Program-made: the position numbers and the translations under genes | NCBI GenBank assembly: GCA_947459365.1 | Contig: CANHDG010000001.1 | Location: 28,566 to 92,565 of the forward strand | Source of the DNA: Saprospirales bacterium | Lineage (GTDB): Bacteria; Bacteroidota; Bacteroidia; Chitinophagales; Saprospiraceae | Length of the DNA: 64,000 nt | Direction of reading: 5' to 3' | Shown here: positions 56,396-64,000 of the stretch, piece by piece | Layout of the letters: each line of letters starts with the position of its first letter | Numbering within the stretch: the first letter of the stretch is position 1 | Notes under the pieces: generated by a model | The model's database searches: none | Told to the model about the DNA's origin: nothing | What the model saw: only the letters and a program-made list of their open reading frames with translations

Positions 56396-56403
56396 TACTT
56401 TTG
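56396..56403 (+). promoter_or_regulatory. Bacteroidota -7 promoter box (TAnnTTTG)
   Basis: TACTTTTG lies 78 nt upstream of ATG 56482. The track ORF 'start' at TTG 56401 lies within it. Confidence 0.45.
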
Positions 56404-56481
56404 CCAATGCAAAGGGATCTGCATCATTCTTTTATCCTTATTACATTCGTCATTGCTCAAACAATTACCGTTTGCCGATTT

Positions 56482-57528
56482 ATGAAAAAAACTACGCTAC
56501 GCCTTGTTCCGGTGCTTGCTTTGGTGCTGCTAACTGCCTTTTCCGGTAGCACCCAGGACATTCACTTCTCTCAGTTCTACATGAGTCCGCTCAACCTCAA
56601 TCCGGCAATGACGGGTGTCATGAACTGTAACCACCGCTTGACAGCTAATTATCGCAATCAGTGGGCATCTATTCTAAAACAAAATGCATACAATACTTAC
56701 TCGGTAGGGTACGATCAAAAAATGCCAGTAGGTCGTTATGACTACTTTGGTGTTGGAGGTACTTTCTGGGGAGACAAGGCTGGCTCATCTGAGTTCGCTA
56801 CGATTCAAGCTCGCCTTTCTGGTTCTTACGCAAAAAAAATGGGGGGCTATCGCAGAAAAGCCCACTACTTGGTAGTTGGTGCAGATTTCGGGGTAAGCAA
56901 CCGTTCCATCAACAGCCAACAGCTACAATGGCCATCTCAAAATAATGGTGGCACATTTGATGGTACGTTACCCGGTGGCGTTTTGCAAGACTATAGTTTC
57001 ATGTTCGTAGACATGTCAGCCGGTTTGCTTTGGTTCAGCGTATTTGATGAATTCAATAATTTGTATTTCGGAGCTGCCTTTAGTCACCTAAATCGCGCAA
57101 ATGTTTCTTTCCAACAACAAAATATTCCTTTGTATGGTAAGCTTACTGCTCACTTTGGTGGCGAGTTTGTAGCAGCACAGCGCTTAAGCCTTTTGCCAGG
57201 AGTAGTTACCTTCTTCCAGGGCCCCTCCTTCCAGGTGAATGTTGGTAACTCATTCAAATTCTTACTTGGAAACAGCCGTCGCTACCACCAAGCGTTTCAG
57301 CTAGGTGCTTGGGCACGTGTCTCCAACCGTTTAAATCAGGGTAAATTGATGGATGCGCTTATCCTAAGCACTCGATTCGACTATGAGCAGTTCACCTTGG
57401 GCTTTAGTTACGATATCAACACTTCTAGTCTGAGAACCGCAACAAATGGTAATGGTGCTTTTGAATTCTCCCTACTTTACAAAGTTTGTGGTCCAGAACG
57501 CCGTGGTGTATACTGTCCAAACTTCTAA
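56482..57528 (+). CDS. type IX secretion system membrane protein, PorP/SprF family
   Basis: MKKTTLRLVPVLALVLL signal, then QDIHFSQFYMSPLNLNPAMTG, the hallmark PorP/SprF N-terminus. Confidence 0.9.
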   Translation: MKKTTLRLVPVLALVLLTAFSGSTQDIHFSQFYMSPLNLNPAMTGVMNCNHRLTANYRNQWASILKQNAYNTYSVGYDQKMPVGRYDYFGVGGTFWGDKAGSSEFATIQARLSGSYAKKMGGYRRKAHYLVVGADFGVSNRSINSQQLQWPSQNNGGTFDGTLPGGVLQDYSFMFVDMSAGLLWFSVFDEFNNLYFGAAFSHLNRANVSFQQQNIPLYGKLTAHFGGEFVAAQRLSLLPGVVTFFQGPSFQVNVGNSFKFLLGNSRRYHQAFQLGAWARVSNRLNQGKLMDALILSTRFDYEQFTLGFSYDINTSSLRTATNGNGAFEFSLLYKVCGPERRGVYCPNF

Positions 57529-57568
57529 TTCCTCTCATAGACACCACGTCCATTAACAGGACAAAAAA

Positions 57569-57604
57569 GTTTCCAACGAGAAGTTCGTTGGAAACTTTTT
57601 TTTT
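57569..57604 (+). terminator. intrinsic terminator after porP/sprF
   Basis: gtttccaacga (57569-57579) pairs with tcgttggaaac (57585-57595), followed by nine T. Confidence 0.88.
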
Positions 57605-57878
57605 GATATCCACTACTTAATACACTCTTTCTTCCCTTTATTTACCACTCAACACATGGTTTTATCAAGTTTTTACTCTGTTATGATACTAAATACAAGC
57701 AGACAGAACTAACTTTGTATTTCATGATTTAATCAAACCTGTTTTTCAAAGCCTTATTCACTCAAAATCTTCCAAATGCGACCTTTTTATTTTGTTATAA
57801 ACGAGTTGCGTTCAAATATTCTTGGATTTAATTGGTTAGCTCCACCAATTAGTCTGTAAATGGTAAAAGCTCTACATT

Positions 57879-58259
57879 ATGTTTGCAAATTCAAAGAACT
57901 CCGACGACGTGAAAAGTACAACAGCCCAATCGTCTGGCGGTCTGAATGCTCTTGTTAAAGGGACAAGTATCGAGGGTACGGTAAAATGTGAAAGTGATAT
58001 CCGAATAGACGGCACCATTAAGGGTGACTTAATTTGTAAGGCAAAAGTGATTATTGGTCCCACAGGATTCGTTGAGGGAGAAATTACTTGTCAAAATGCA
58101 GTCGTCGAGGGTAAAATTAAAGGAGTATTGACGGTGACCGATTTACTTAATATCCGAGAAACAGCAGAAATTGATGGCACCATTTCAACGGGTAAGCTCA
58201 TTGTTCAAAGCGGAGCCAAATTTAATGTAGCCTGCAAAATGACCGATAGCCCCAAATAA
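57879..58259 (+). CDS. bactofilin-family polymer-forming cytoskeletal protein
   Basis: 126 aa. Repetitive beta-helix pattern IEGTVKCESDIRIDGTIKGDLICKAKVIIGPTGFVEGEITCQNAVVEGKIKG. Confidence 0.9.
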   Translation: MFANSKNSDDVKSTTAQSSGGLNALVKGTSIEGTVKCESDIRIDGTIKGDLICKAKVIIGPTGFVEGEITCQNAVVEGKIKGVLTVTDLLNIRETAEIDGTISTGKLIVQSGAKFNVACKMTDSPK

Positions 58260-58267
58260 GCCTATTT

Positions 58268-58528
58268 ATGCTTTCCGATCCTCCAAAAAGAAAGACTACC
58301 AACAGCAAAAACCCCATGAGAACCCTGGCAAAATACAGCGGAATGGGCTTTCAGCTTTTTGCAGCATGCTTGGCAGGGGCTTTCATCGGAAAATGGCTAG
58401 ATGCAAAAATGCAGCTTGAAAGACCGCTTTGGGCTGTGCTCCTAACGGTACTCTTTATGGTTGCTTCCCTCTACGCACTCTATAAACAGTTGCTTCGGGA
58501 CGATTCCGCATCCCCCAACAACCCTTAA
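58268..58528 (+). CDS. AtpZ/AtpI-family small membrane protein
   Basis: 86 aa. LAKYSGMGFQLFAACLAGAFIGKWLD plus a second TM helix. Confidence 0.82.
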   Translation: MLSDPPKRKTTNSKNPMRTLAKYSGMGFQLFAACLAGAFIGKWLDAKMQLERPLWAVLLTVLFMVASLYALYKQLLRDDSASPNNP

Positions 58529-58541
58529 TTACTCCAGATTA

Positions 58542-58925
58542 ATGACAGCCGCGATTTTCTATAGATATCTTGCCTATATCACACTAGGTTGCTTTGCTCT
58601 TTTTGGCCTTCTATACCTAGTATTCTTACCCATTCGCCAACACTGGCCACTTACCTTAATTACTTTAAGTGCATTTGTCCTTCTTTGTCTAGGACTTTTC
58701 TGGTCTGGATCCGCAACCGTAAATAGTACAAACAAGGGTGCATTCAATGGTTTAATCCTTGGCTCCGTATTTGGGAAAATGGTACTTGCTGTTGGACTAC
58801 TATATATGTATCAACGAATTTGGAAGCCCGATAATGAGTGGTTTGTCGCTATTTTCTTATTCTCTTACTTAGTCTATACCATTTTTGAGGTTTGGTTTAT
58901 GACAAAATTAGCTCGTCAATCTTAG
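58542..58925 (+). CDS. small 4-TM membrane protein, unknown function
   Basis: ATG 58542 gives MTAAIFYRYLAYITLGCF. The track ORF start at 58461 overlaps atpZ. Confidence 0.6.
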   Translation: MTAAIFYRYLAYITLGCFALFGLLYLVFLPIRQHWPLTLITLSAFVLLCLGLFWSGSATVNSTNKGAFNGLILGSVFGKMVLAVGLLYMYQRIWKPDNEWFVAIFLFSYLVYTIFEVWFMTKLARQS

Positions 58926-58932
58926 TATTACC

Positions 58933-59445
58933 ATGAAAAGACCGCGCGCTGACGAATATGCCCCCTTTCATTCAACCTATATTAAAATTCTTCCTCCGCG
59001 AATTTCAGCAAAGAAGCTTTTAACCCAAACATGGAAAGAAACTCTTCAACTATTTGGGAGCCTTCCTGAAGAAATGGGTGACTACTGTTACGAGCCCGAC
59101 AAATGGAGTATAAAACAACTTTTAATACACATGATTGATACTGAACGTGTATTTGCGTTCAGAATTTTATGGTTTATAAGAGGTGATCGAGCCTCCCTCC
59201 CAGGATTCAATCAGGATTTTTGGATGGAATATGCAGATGTTTCAAATAGAACCATCAAGAGTCTCTTAAAAGAATGGAAACTGGTGAGGGATCATACTCT
59301 ATTTCTCTTAAATCATTGCACAGAAGAGCAAGCAATCCAAACAGGAAACGCAAGCGGATTTAAATTCAGTGTACGTGCTTATTTCTACATAATCGCTGGA
59401 CACCACTTACATCATTTAGCTATTTATAAGGAGCGTTATATGTAA
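58933..59445 (+). CDS. DinB-family (four-helix-bundle, metal-binding) protein
   Basis: 170 aa. IKQLLIHMIDTERVF and AGHHLHHL histidine positions are typical of DinB_2. Confidence 0.82.
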   Translation: MKRPRADEYAPFHSTYIKILPPRISAKKLLTQTWKETLQLFGSLPEEMGDYCYEPDKWSIKQLLIHMIDTERVFAFRILWFIRGDRASLPGFNQDFWMEYADVSNRTIKSLLKEWKLVRDHTLFLLNHCTEEQAIQTGNASGFKFSVRAYFYIIAGHHLHHLAIYKERYM

Positions 59446-59464
59446 CTTTGGGCTTTCGTCAGAT

Positions 59465-61990
59465 ATGCTCATGCTAAAAAAATATTACCACCTCCTCCTC
59501 TTGGTTCTATCACCGTTCACCTTTATTTCCAACGGTCAAGCCCAAGTTAAATCGCCTAACGACTTTTTACCACATCAACTCGGCGAACAATTCACCCCAC
59601 ACCATCTGGTGGTGGATTATTTTCAGTACTTGGCCAAAGAAAGTCCAATGACGATGTCCCTAGTTGAGTACGGCACAACTTCAGAAGACCGCCCATTATT
59701 AGTGGCCATTTTTTCTTCCCCAGAAAACATTGCTAAACTAGAACAGCATAGAATAAACAATCTTCGACTTGCCCAACTAGGGCCGGATCAAAAAGAAGGA
59801 GTCATTTCAGGCATGCCTTCGATCGTCTGGTTAAATATGAGCGTGCATGGCAATGAACCCTCCGGCGCAGAAGGCAGTATGCAACTTGCATGGGAGCTCT
59901 CGCAACAGAAAAACGACTCCATTAAGATTTGGTTACAAAACACAATCGTAATCATTGATCCAGCAGCGAATCCTGATGGATATGACCGATATACAAATTG
60001 GTATAGAGGAGTTTCAAACAAATTGAAAAACCCAAATCACTTTACCCGTGAACACCAAGAGCCTTGGCCCGGAGGCCGACCCAACCACTACTATTTTGAC
60101 TTAAATAGAGATTGGGCATGGGCAACCCAAAAAGAAACTCAACAGCGATTGGCTTTCTTTCAATCCTGGCTTCCACACGTATTAGCAGATGTTCACGAGC
60201 AATTTATTGATGACCCTTATTACTTCGCACCGGCAGCAGAACCAATGCACGCCTACCTCAGTAGCTGGCAGCGATCCTTCCAAACAGAAATAGGTATCAA
60301 CCATGCCAAACACTTTGATGAAAAGGGCTGGCTATACTTTACTAATGAAATATTCGACCTGCTCTATCCCTCCTACGGCGACACCTATCCTATGTTTAAC
60401 GGAGCAATTGGGATGACATACGAACAAGCTGGTCACGGCAAAGCTGGAAGAGCCATAAAAACCTCTAATGGTGACACCCTCACGCTAATCACGAGAATCG
60501 AACATCACCTTACAGCCTGCCGCTCAACAATTGAAATTGCTAGTAAGAACACACCCAAAATTGTTGAAAATTTTCTAAATTACTTTAAAACCACCTCAAA
60601 AAACCCTCCAGGAGAATACAAATCCTTCATTATTAAAGGTTCTAATGATCCTAATAAATTAAATACGCTCTGTAAATTCCTCGATTTACATAAAATCCGA
60701 TACGGCAAAGCAGGCAAAACATTCGATGTCCCAAAAGCATTTAACTATTTCACTGGCAAAGAAGATCCGGTTACCGTTGAGTCAAATGACCTTGTAATAA
60801 GCGCCTATCAGCCTAAATCTGTTTTGACCCAAGTTCTTTTTGAACCAAATGTATTCCTTAGCGACTCACTCACTTATGATATCACGGCTTGGGCCCTACC
60901 ATTTGCTCACGGACTACAAGCATTTGCAACTAAACAAAGGCTCGAACCACAAAAATCCTTTGTCCCTTATATTGCTCCATCGCCCACACCGATAGCCCCA
61001 ACCTATGCTTGGTGCTTACACCGTAAATCGCTCTCCGACTGTAGCTTCGTAGCACACCTCTTAAACAAAGGGATAAAAATAAGGTATGCAACTGAGGCCT
61101 TTGACTTGAGCGACCAACATTTTGAGCCAGGAGCTTTTGTAATCAACCGTGCTGATAATAGAATCAACGATCTCGAACTTGAGAAATTAATTAAAGAAAC
61201 AGCACTCAAAACCAACACCGCATTATATCCAGCCTACACAGGCTTTATCGGAAAAGGAGCGGATTTCGGCTCTTCGAAATTCAAATTAGTCAAAAATCCA
61301 TCTGTTGCAATGCTCTATGGAGACGACGTGGACGAAAACACTTTTGGACATTTCTGGCACTATTTTGAACAAGAGCTTAATTACCCGATAAATATGGTAA
61401 GATCAGATAAAATCAGCGCCGCTGCCCTTTCCGGCATCAACACGCTTATCATTCCCAATGGATCTTATCGCTTTGAAGAAAAAACTCTTACATTGCTCAG
61501 AGACTGGGTTGGTGATGGTGGAAAAATTATCGCAATTGATGGAGGTGTAAGAGCTTTAGCTGACAACTCTGGATTTGATATAATCTCTAAAAAAAATCCT
61601 CCAGAAGACACTACCTATACCTCCCCAAAACCATATCAGTTAACAGAAAGGCAACAAATCAGTGACCAACTCCCTGGTGCCATTATAAAAACTAAAATCG
61701 ACACAACACACCCTCTGGCCTATGGACTGGGATCCACCTATTTTACCCTGAAAACAAGTGCAGCTGCATATCAAATCAACCACAAACTCCAAAATGCAAT
61801 CTGGATTGGAGATGCGCTCGAAAGTTATGGTTTCATAGGAAGCCGGGTGAAAAAACAAATAAAAAATTCACCTGTTGTCGCCGCGCAACCCATCGGTAAT
61901 GGCTCTGTTGTTTATTTGGTCGACCACCCAATATTTCGCTCTTTTTGGCAAGCTGGAAAAATAATTGTTGCAAATGCTTTACTTTACTAA
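59465..61990 (+). CDS. large secreted M14-family zinc carboxypeptidase
   Basis: 841 aa with a signal peptide. Zinc-site context MSVHGNEPSGAE, NPDGY and a DLNRDW-type motif. Confidence 0.88.
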   Translation: MLMLKKYYHLLLLVLSPFTFISNGQAQVKSPNDFLPHQLGEQFTPHHLVVDYFQYLAKESPMTMSLVEYGTTSEDRPLLVAIFSSPENIAKLEQHRINNLRLAQLGPDQKEGVISGMPSIVWLNMSVHGNEPSGAEGSMQLAWELSQQKNDSIKIWLQNTIVIIDPAANPDGYDRYTNWYRGVSNKLKNPNHFTREHQEPWPGGRPNHYYFDLNRDWAWATQKETQQRLAFFQSWLPHVLADVHEQFIDDPYYFAPAAEPMHAYLSSWQRSFQTEIGINHAKHFDEKGWLYFTNEIFDLLYPSYGDTYPMFNGAIGMTYEQAGHGKAGRAIKTSNGDTLTLITRIEHHLTACRSTIEIASKNTPKIVENFLNYFKTTSKNPPGEYKSFIIKGSNDPNKLNTLCKFLDLHKIRYGKAGKTFDVPKAFNYFTGKEDPVTVESNDLVISAYQPKSVLTQVLFEPNVFLSDSLTYDITAWALPFAHGLQAFATKQRLEPQKSFVPYIAPSPTPIAPTYAWCLHRKSLSDCSFVAHLLNKGIKIRYATEAFDLSDQHFEPGAFVINRADNRINDLELEKLIKETALKTNTALYPAYTGFIGKGADFGSSKFKLVKNPSVAMLYGDDVDENTFGHFWHYFEQELNYPINMVRSDKISAAALSGINTLIIPNGSYRFEEKTLTLLRDWVGDGGKIIAIDGGVRALADNSGFDIISKKNPPEDTTYTSPKPYQLTERQQISDQLPGAIIKTKIDTTHPLAYGLGSTYFTLKTSAAAYQINHKLQNAIWIGDALESYGFIGSRVKKQIKNSPVVAAQPIGNGSVVYLVDHPIFRSFWQAGKIIVANALLY

Positions 61991-62000
61991 CTGTCCTAAT

Positions 62001-64000
62001 ATGCGACTCTTAATCTCTTTTGTACTGCTATTTTTCAGTCAATCACCAATATTTACTCAAAAACCAACAAAACACAATCCTGCAGACTTACATCAGGCAA
62101 TCAAAAAATTGAATGTTCTTGGGTCTGTATTATACGTAGCGGCACACCCCGACGATGAAAACCAGCGTTTGATCAGTTATTGTGCCAATCATAAACTTTA
62201 TGACGTCACCTACCTATCCCTCACCAGAGGAGATGGAGGACAAAATCTGATTGGACCAGAACTACGAGAACTACTTGGTGTGCTCCGAACCCAAGAGCTC
62301 CTGATGGCTCGTTCAATTGATGGTGGCAAACAACGGTTTACTCGTGCCAATGATTTCGGCTACTCCAAAAACCCAGAAGAAACCACCTCAATTTGGAATC
62401 GAAACGAAGTTCTTTCAGATGTTGTTTGGGCCATCAGAGAAACACAACCCGACATAATATTTAATCGCTTTCATCACGATAAAAAATTCCCAAACCACGG
62501 ACACCATACCACTTCTGCCATGCTTTCCTTGGAAGCATTCGATTTGGCTAGTAACCCTGAAGCTTATCCCGAGCAACTATCTTACACCTCCACTTGGCAA
62601 CCTAAGCGCCTATTTTTTAACACCTCTTGGTGGTTTTTTGGAAGCAAAGAAAAATTCAATGCTGCCGACAAATCAAACATGTTTGAACTTGACTTGGGCG
62701 TTTTCTTACCATTAAAAGGAAAAAGCAATAACGAAATTTCTGCAGAAGCTAGATCTATGCACCGCTGTCAAGGCTTTGGTGAAATAACAAAGCGTGGGGA
62801 AAACTTAGAGTACCTAGACTTTGTAAAAGGAGAAAAACCCGCCAGTAAAGACCTCTTCGAAGGTATCAATACCTCTTGGAGCCGCGTGCCAGGAGGAGAA
62901 AAAATTGGTTCCTTATTATCAAAAATAGATCAATCGTTTCGGTCTGATAACCCTGCCGCATCTATACCAGATTTGTTAACTGTGCTCCAAATGATTGAAG
63001 CGCTTCCTGATGGACACTGGAAACGAGTCAAACAAAAAGAAAGTAAAGAGGTGATTAAGGGATGTATGGGCCTTTACCTTGAAGCTGTTGCAGATCAAGC
63101 CATTGGAACCCCAGGAGCAACCGTAGAGATCAACCTAGAAGCTATTCAACGAAGTGCTGCCCACCTAAAACTTAATTCGATTTCATTCTCAAATGGAATC
63201 TTTGATACAACTCTTAACTGGGTACTTTCTAATAACTCTGATTGGACCTGGTCAAAAAAAATACAAATTCCACTTACCGCTTCCTTTACTTCCCCCTTTT
63301 GGCTACAGTCTGCTGGAACAACAGGTATGTATACGGTACCTGATCAAAAAATGCGCAACCTGGCCGAAACGCCCAGGTTTCTGACCTTAACTTGGTCATT
63401 CTTGATTAATAACATACCTGTTTCATATACTACTGACGTCGCCTATAAAACAGAGGAGCCAGCAAAGGGAGAAGTGTGGAAACCCTTTGATATTCTTCCT
63501 CCTGCTGTTATTTCCTTCGAACAAAGTGCTTATCTTTTCACTAGCGGACCAAAAGAGATTACCGTACGTATTAAAGCACTTAGGGACAGCGTCTCTGGCA
63601 CGGCTGATTTGGTTCTACCAACTAATTGGAGCTGGAAATCAGCAGCAGGAAACGCCCCATTTTTCTTACCCAATAAAGGACAAGAAACGCTCATAACATT
63701 TCTGGTTACACCTCCTGTGTCACCAGAAAACGCAGACGCGAAAGCTATTCTTACCGTTGGCGGCCGAAATTATTCTATGCAATTATCAACCATTGAATAT
63801 GAACATATCCCAGCCCAAAACGTCCTACTCCCTGCACAAGTAAAAATCTCGAAACTCGATTTAACTGTTGCCGCACAAAAAATTGGATATTATATGGGTG
63901 CCGGCGACGATGTGCCTAACGCACTTCGTCTCATGGGCTGTCAGGTAACCCTGCTCGAGGATAAGGACCTTGATGCAAAAAACCTTGCTCAATACGAAGC
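62001..64000 (+). CDS. large PIG-L/LmbE-family deacetylase, 3' end outside the window
   Basis: Absent from the ORF track because it has no stop in the window. I translated the frame from ATG 62001 to 64000 without meeting a stop. It has a signal peptide, and VAAHPDDENQRLISY ... LTRGDGGQN is the PIG-L motif. Confidence 0.82.
   Translation, partial: MRLLISFVLLFFSQSPIFTQKPTKHNPADLHQAIKKLNVLGSVLYVAAHPDDENQRLISYCANHKLYDVTYLSLTRGDGGQNLIGPELRELLGVLRTQELLMARSIDGGKQRFTRANDFGYSKNPEETTSIWNRNEVLSDVVWAIRETQPDIIFNRFHHDKKFPNHGHHTTSAMLSLEAFDLASNPEAYPEQLSYTSTWQPKRLFFNTSWWFFGSKEKFNAADKSNMFELDLGVFLPLKGKSNNEISAEARSMHRCQGFGEITKRGENLEYLDFVKGEKPASKDLFEGINTSWSRVPGGEKIGSLLSKIDQSFRSDNPAASIPDLLTVLQMIEALPDGHWKRVKQKESKEVIKGCMGLYLEAVADQAIGTPGATVEINLEAIQRSAAHLKLNSISFSNGIFDTTLNWVLSNNSDWTWSKKIQIPLTASFTSPFWLQSAGTTGMYTVPDQKMRNLAETPRFLTLTWSFLINNIPVSYTTDVAYKTEEPAKGEVWKPFDILPPAVISFEQSAYLFTSGPKEITVRIKALRDSVSGTADLVLPTNWSWKSAAGNAPFFLPNKGQETLITFLVTPPVSPENADAKAILTVGGRNYSMQLSTIEYEHIPAQNVLLPAQVKISKLDLTVAAQKIGYYMGAGDDVPNALRLMGCQVTLLEDKDLDAKNLAQYE

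Noticed and set aside
63193-63696. Small track ORFs at 63193-63384 and 63487-63696.
   Set aside because: They lie out of frame inside the long open PIG-L deacetylase frame, which I translated without a stop from 62001 to 64000.
1-64000. CRISPR arrays, tRNA, rRNA, tmRNA, RNase P or other large structured RNAs.
   Set aside because: I found no regularly spaced direct repeats, cloverleaf-like segments or conserved RNase P/tmRNA sequence blocks in any intergenic region by eye. The longest non-coding stretches are about 330-400 nt. This was not tested computationally.

Overview
This window reads as a mostly housekeeping chromosomal segment of a Bacteroidota genome. The taxon call rests on three things seen here: a PorP/SprF gene plus a type-B T9SS C-terminal sorting domain, recurrent TAnnTTTG -7 promoter boxes just upstream of start codons, and no obvious Shine-Dalgarno sequences. 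GC content was not computed. I annotate about 50 protein-coding genes. They include upp, recJ, pabB-like, a MoxR ATPase, cysS, argS, selU/mnmH, secA, cinA, metF, ftcD, rmuC, rfbD, tsaB, a comEA-like gene and recN, along with many envelope or secreted proteins. I found no rRNA, tRNA or CRISPR array by eye. Mobile DNA is limited to one decayed IS3-family element (about 9342-10689) and a short transposase C-terminal remnant (about 16627-16790). The IS3 element keeps an intact orfA and an A-run slippery site, but its orfB carries two in-frame stops. I do not see a clear-cut new multi-gene system such as a defence island. The best leads are all inferential. (1) A six-gene, 7-19 nt-spaced string runs from a bactofilin through AtpZ, a 4-TM protein and DinB to an M14 carboxypeptidase and a PIG-L deacetylase. 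(2) A signal-less trypsin-like protease is fused to a zinc ribbon and a YbjN/chaperone-like domain. (3) A -7 box and an intrinsic terminator bracket about 100 nt in the divergent cytochrome c / recN spacer, which could be a small RNA. (4) The T9SS type-B cargo gene and the PorP/SprF gene are unlinked. (5) A full-length alkylglycerol-monooxygenase-like desaturase is present. Several ORF-track starts are N-terminal over-extensions and were trimmed.
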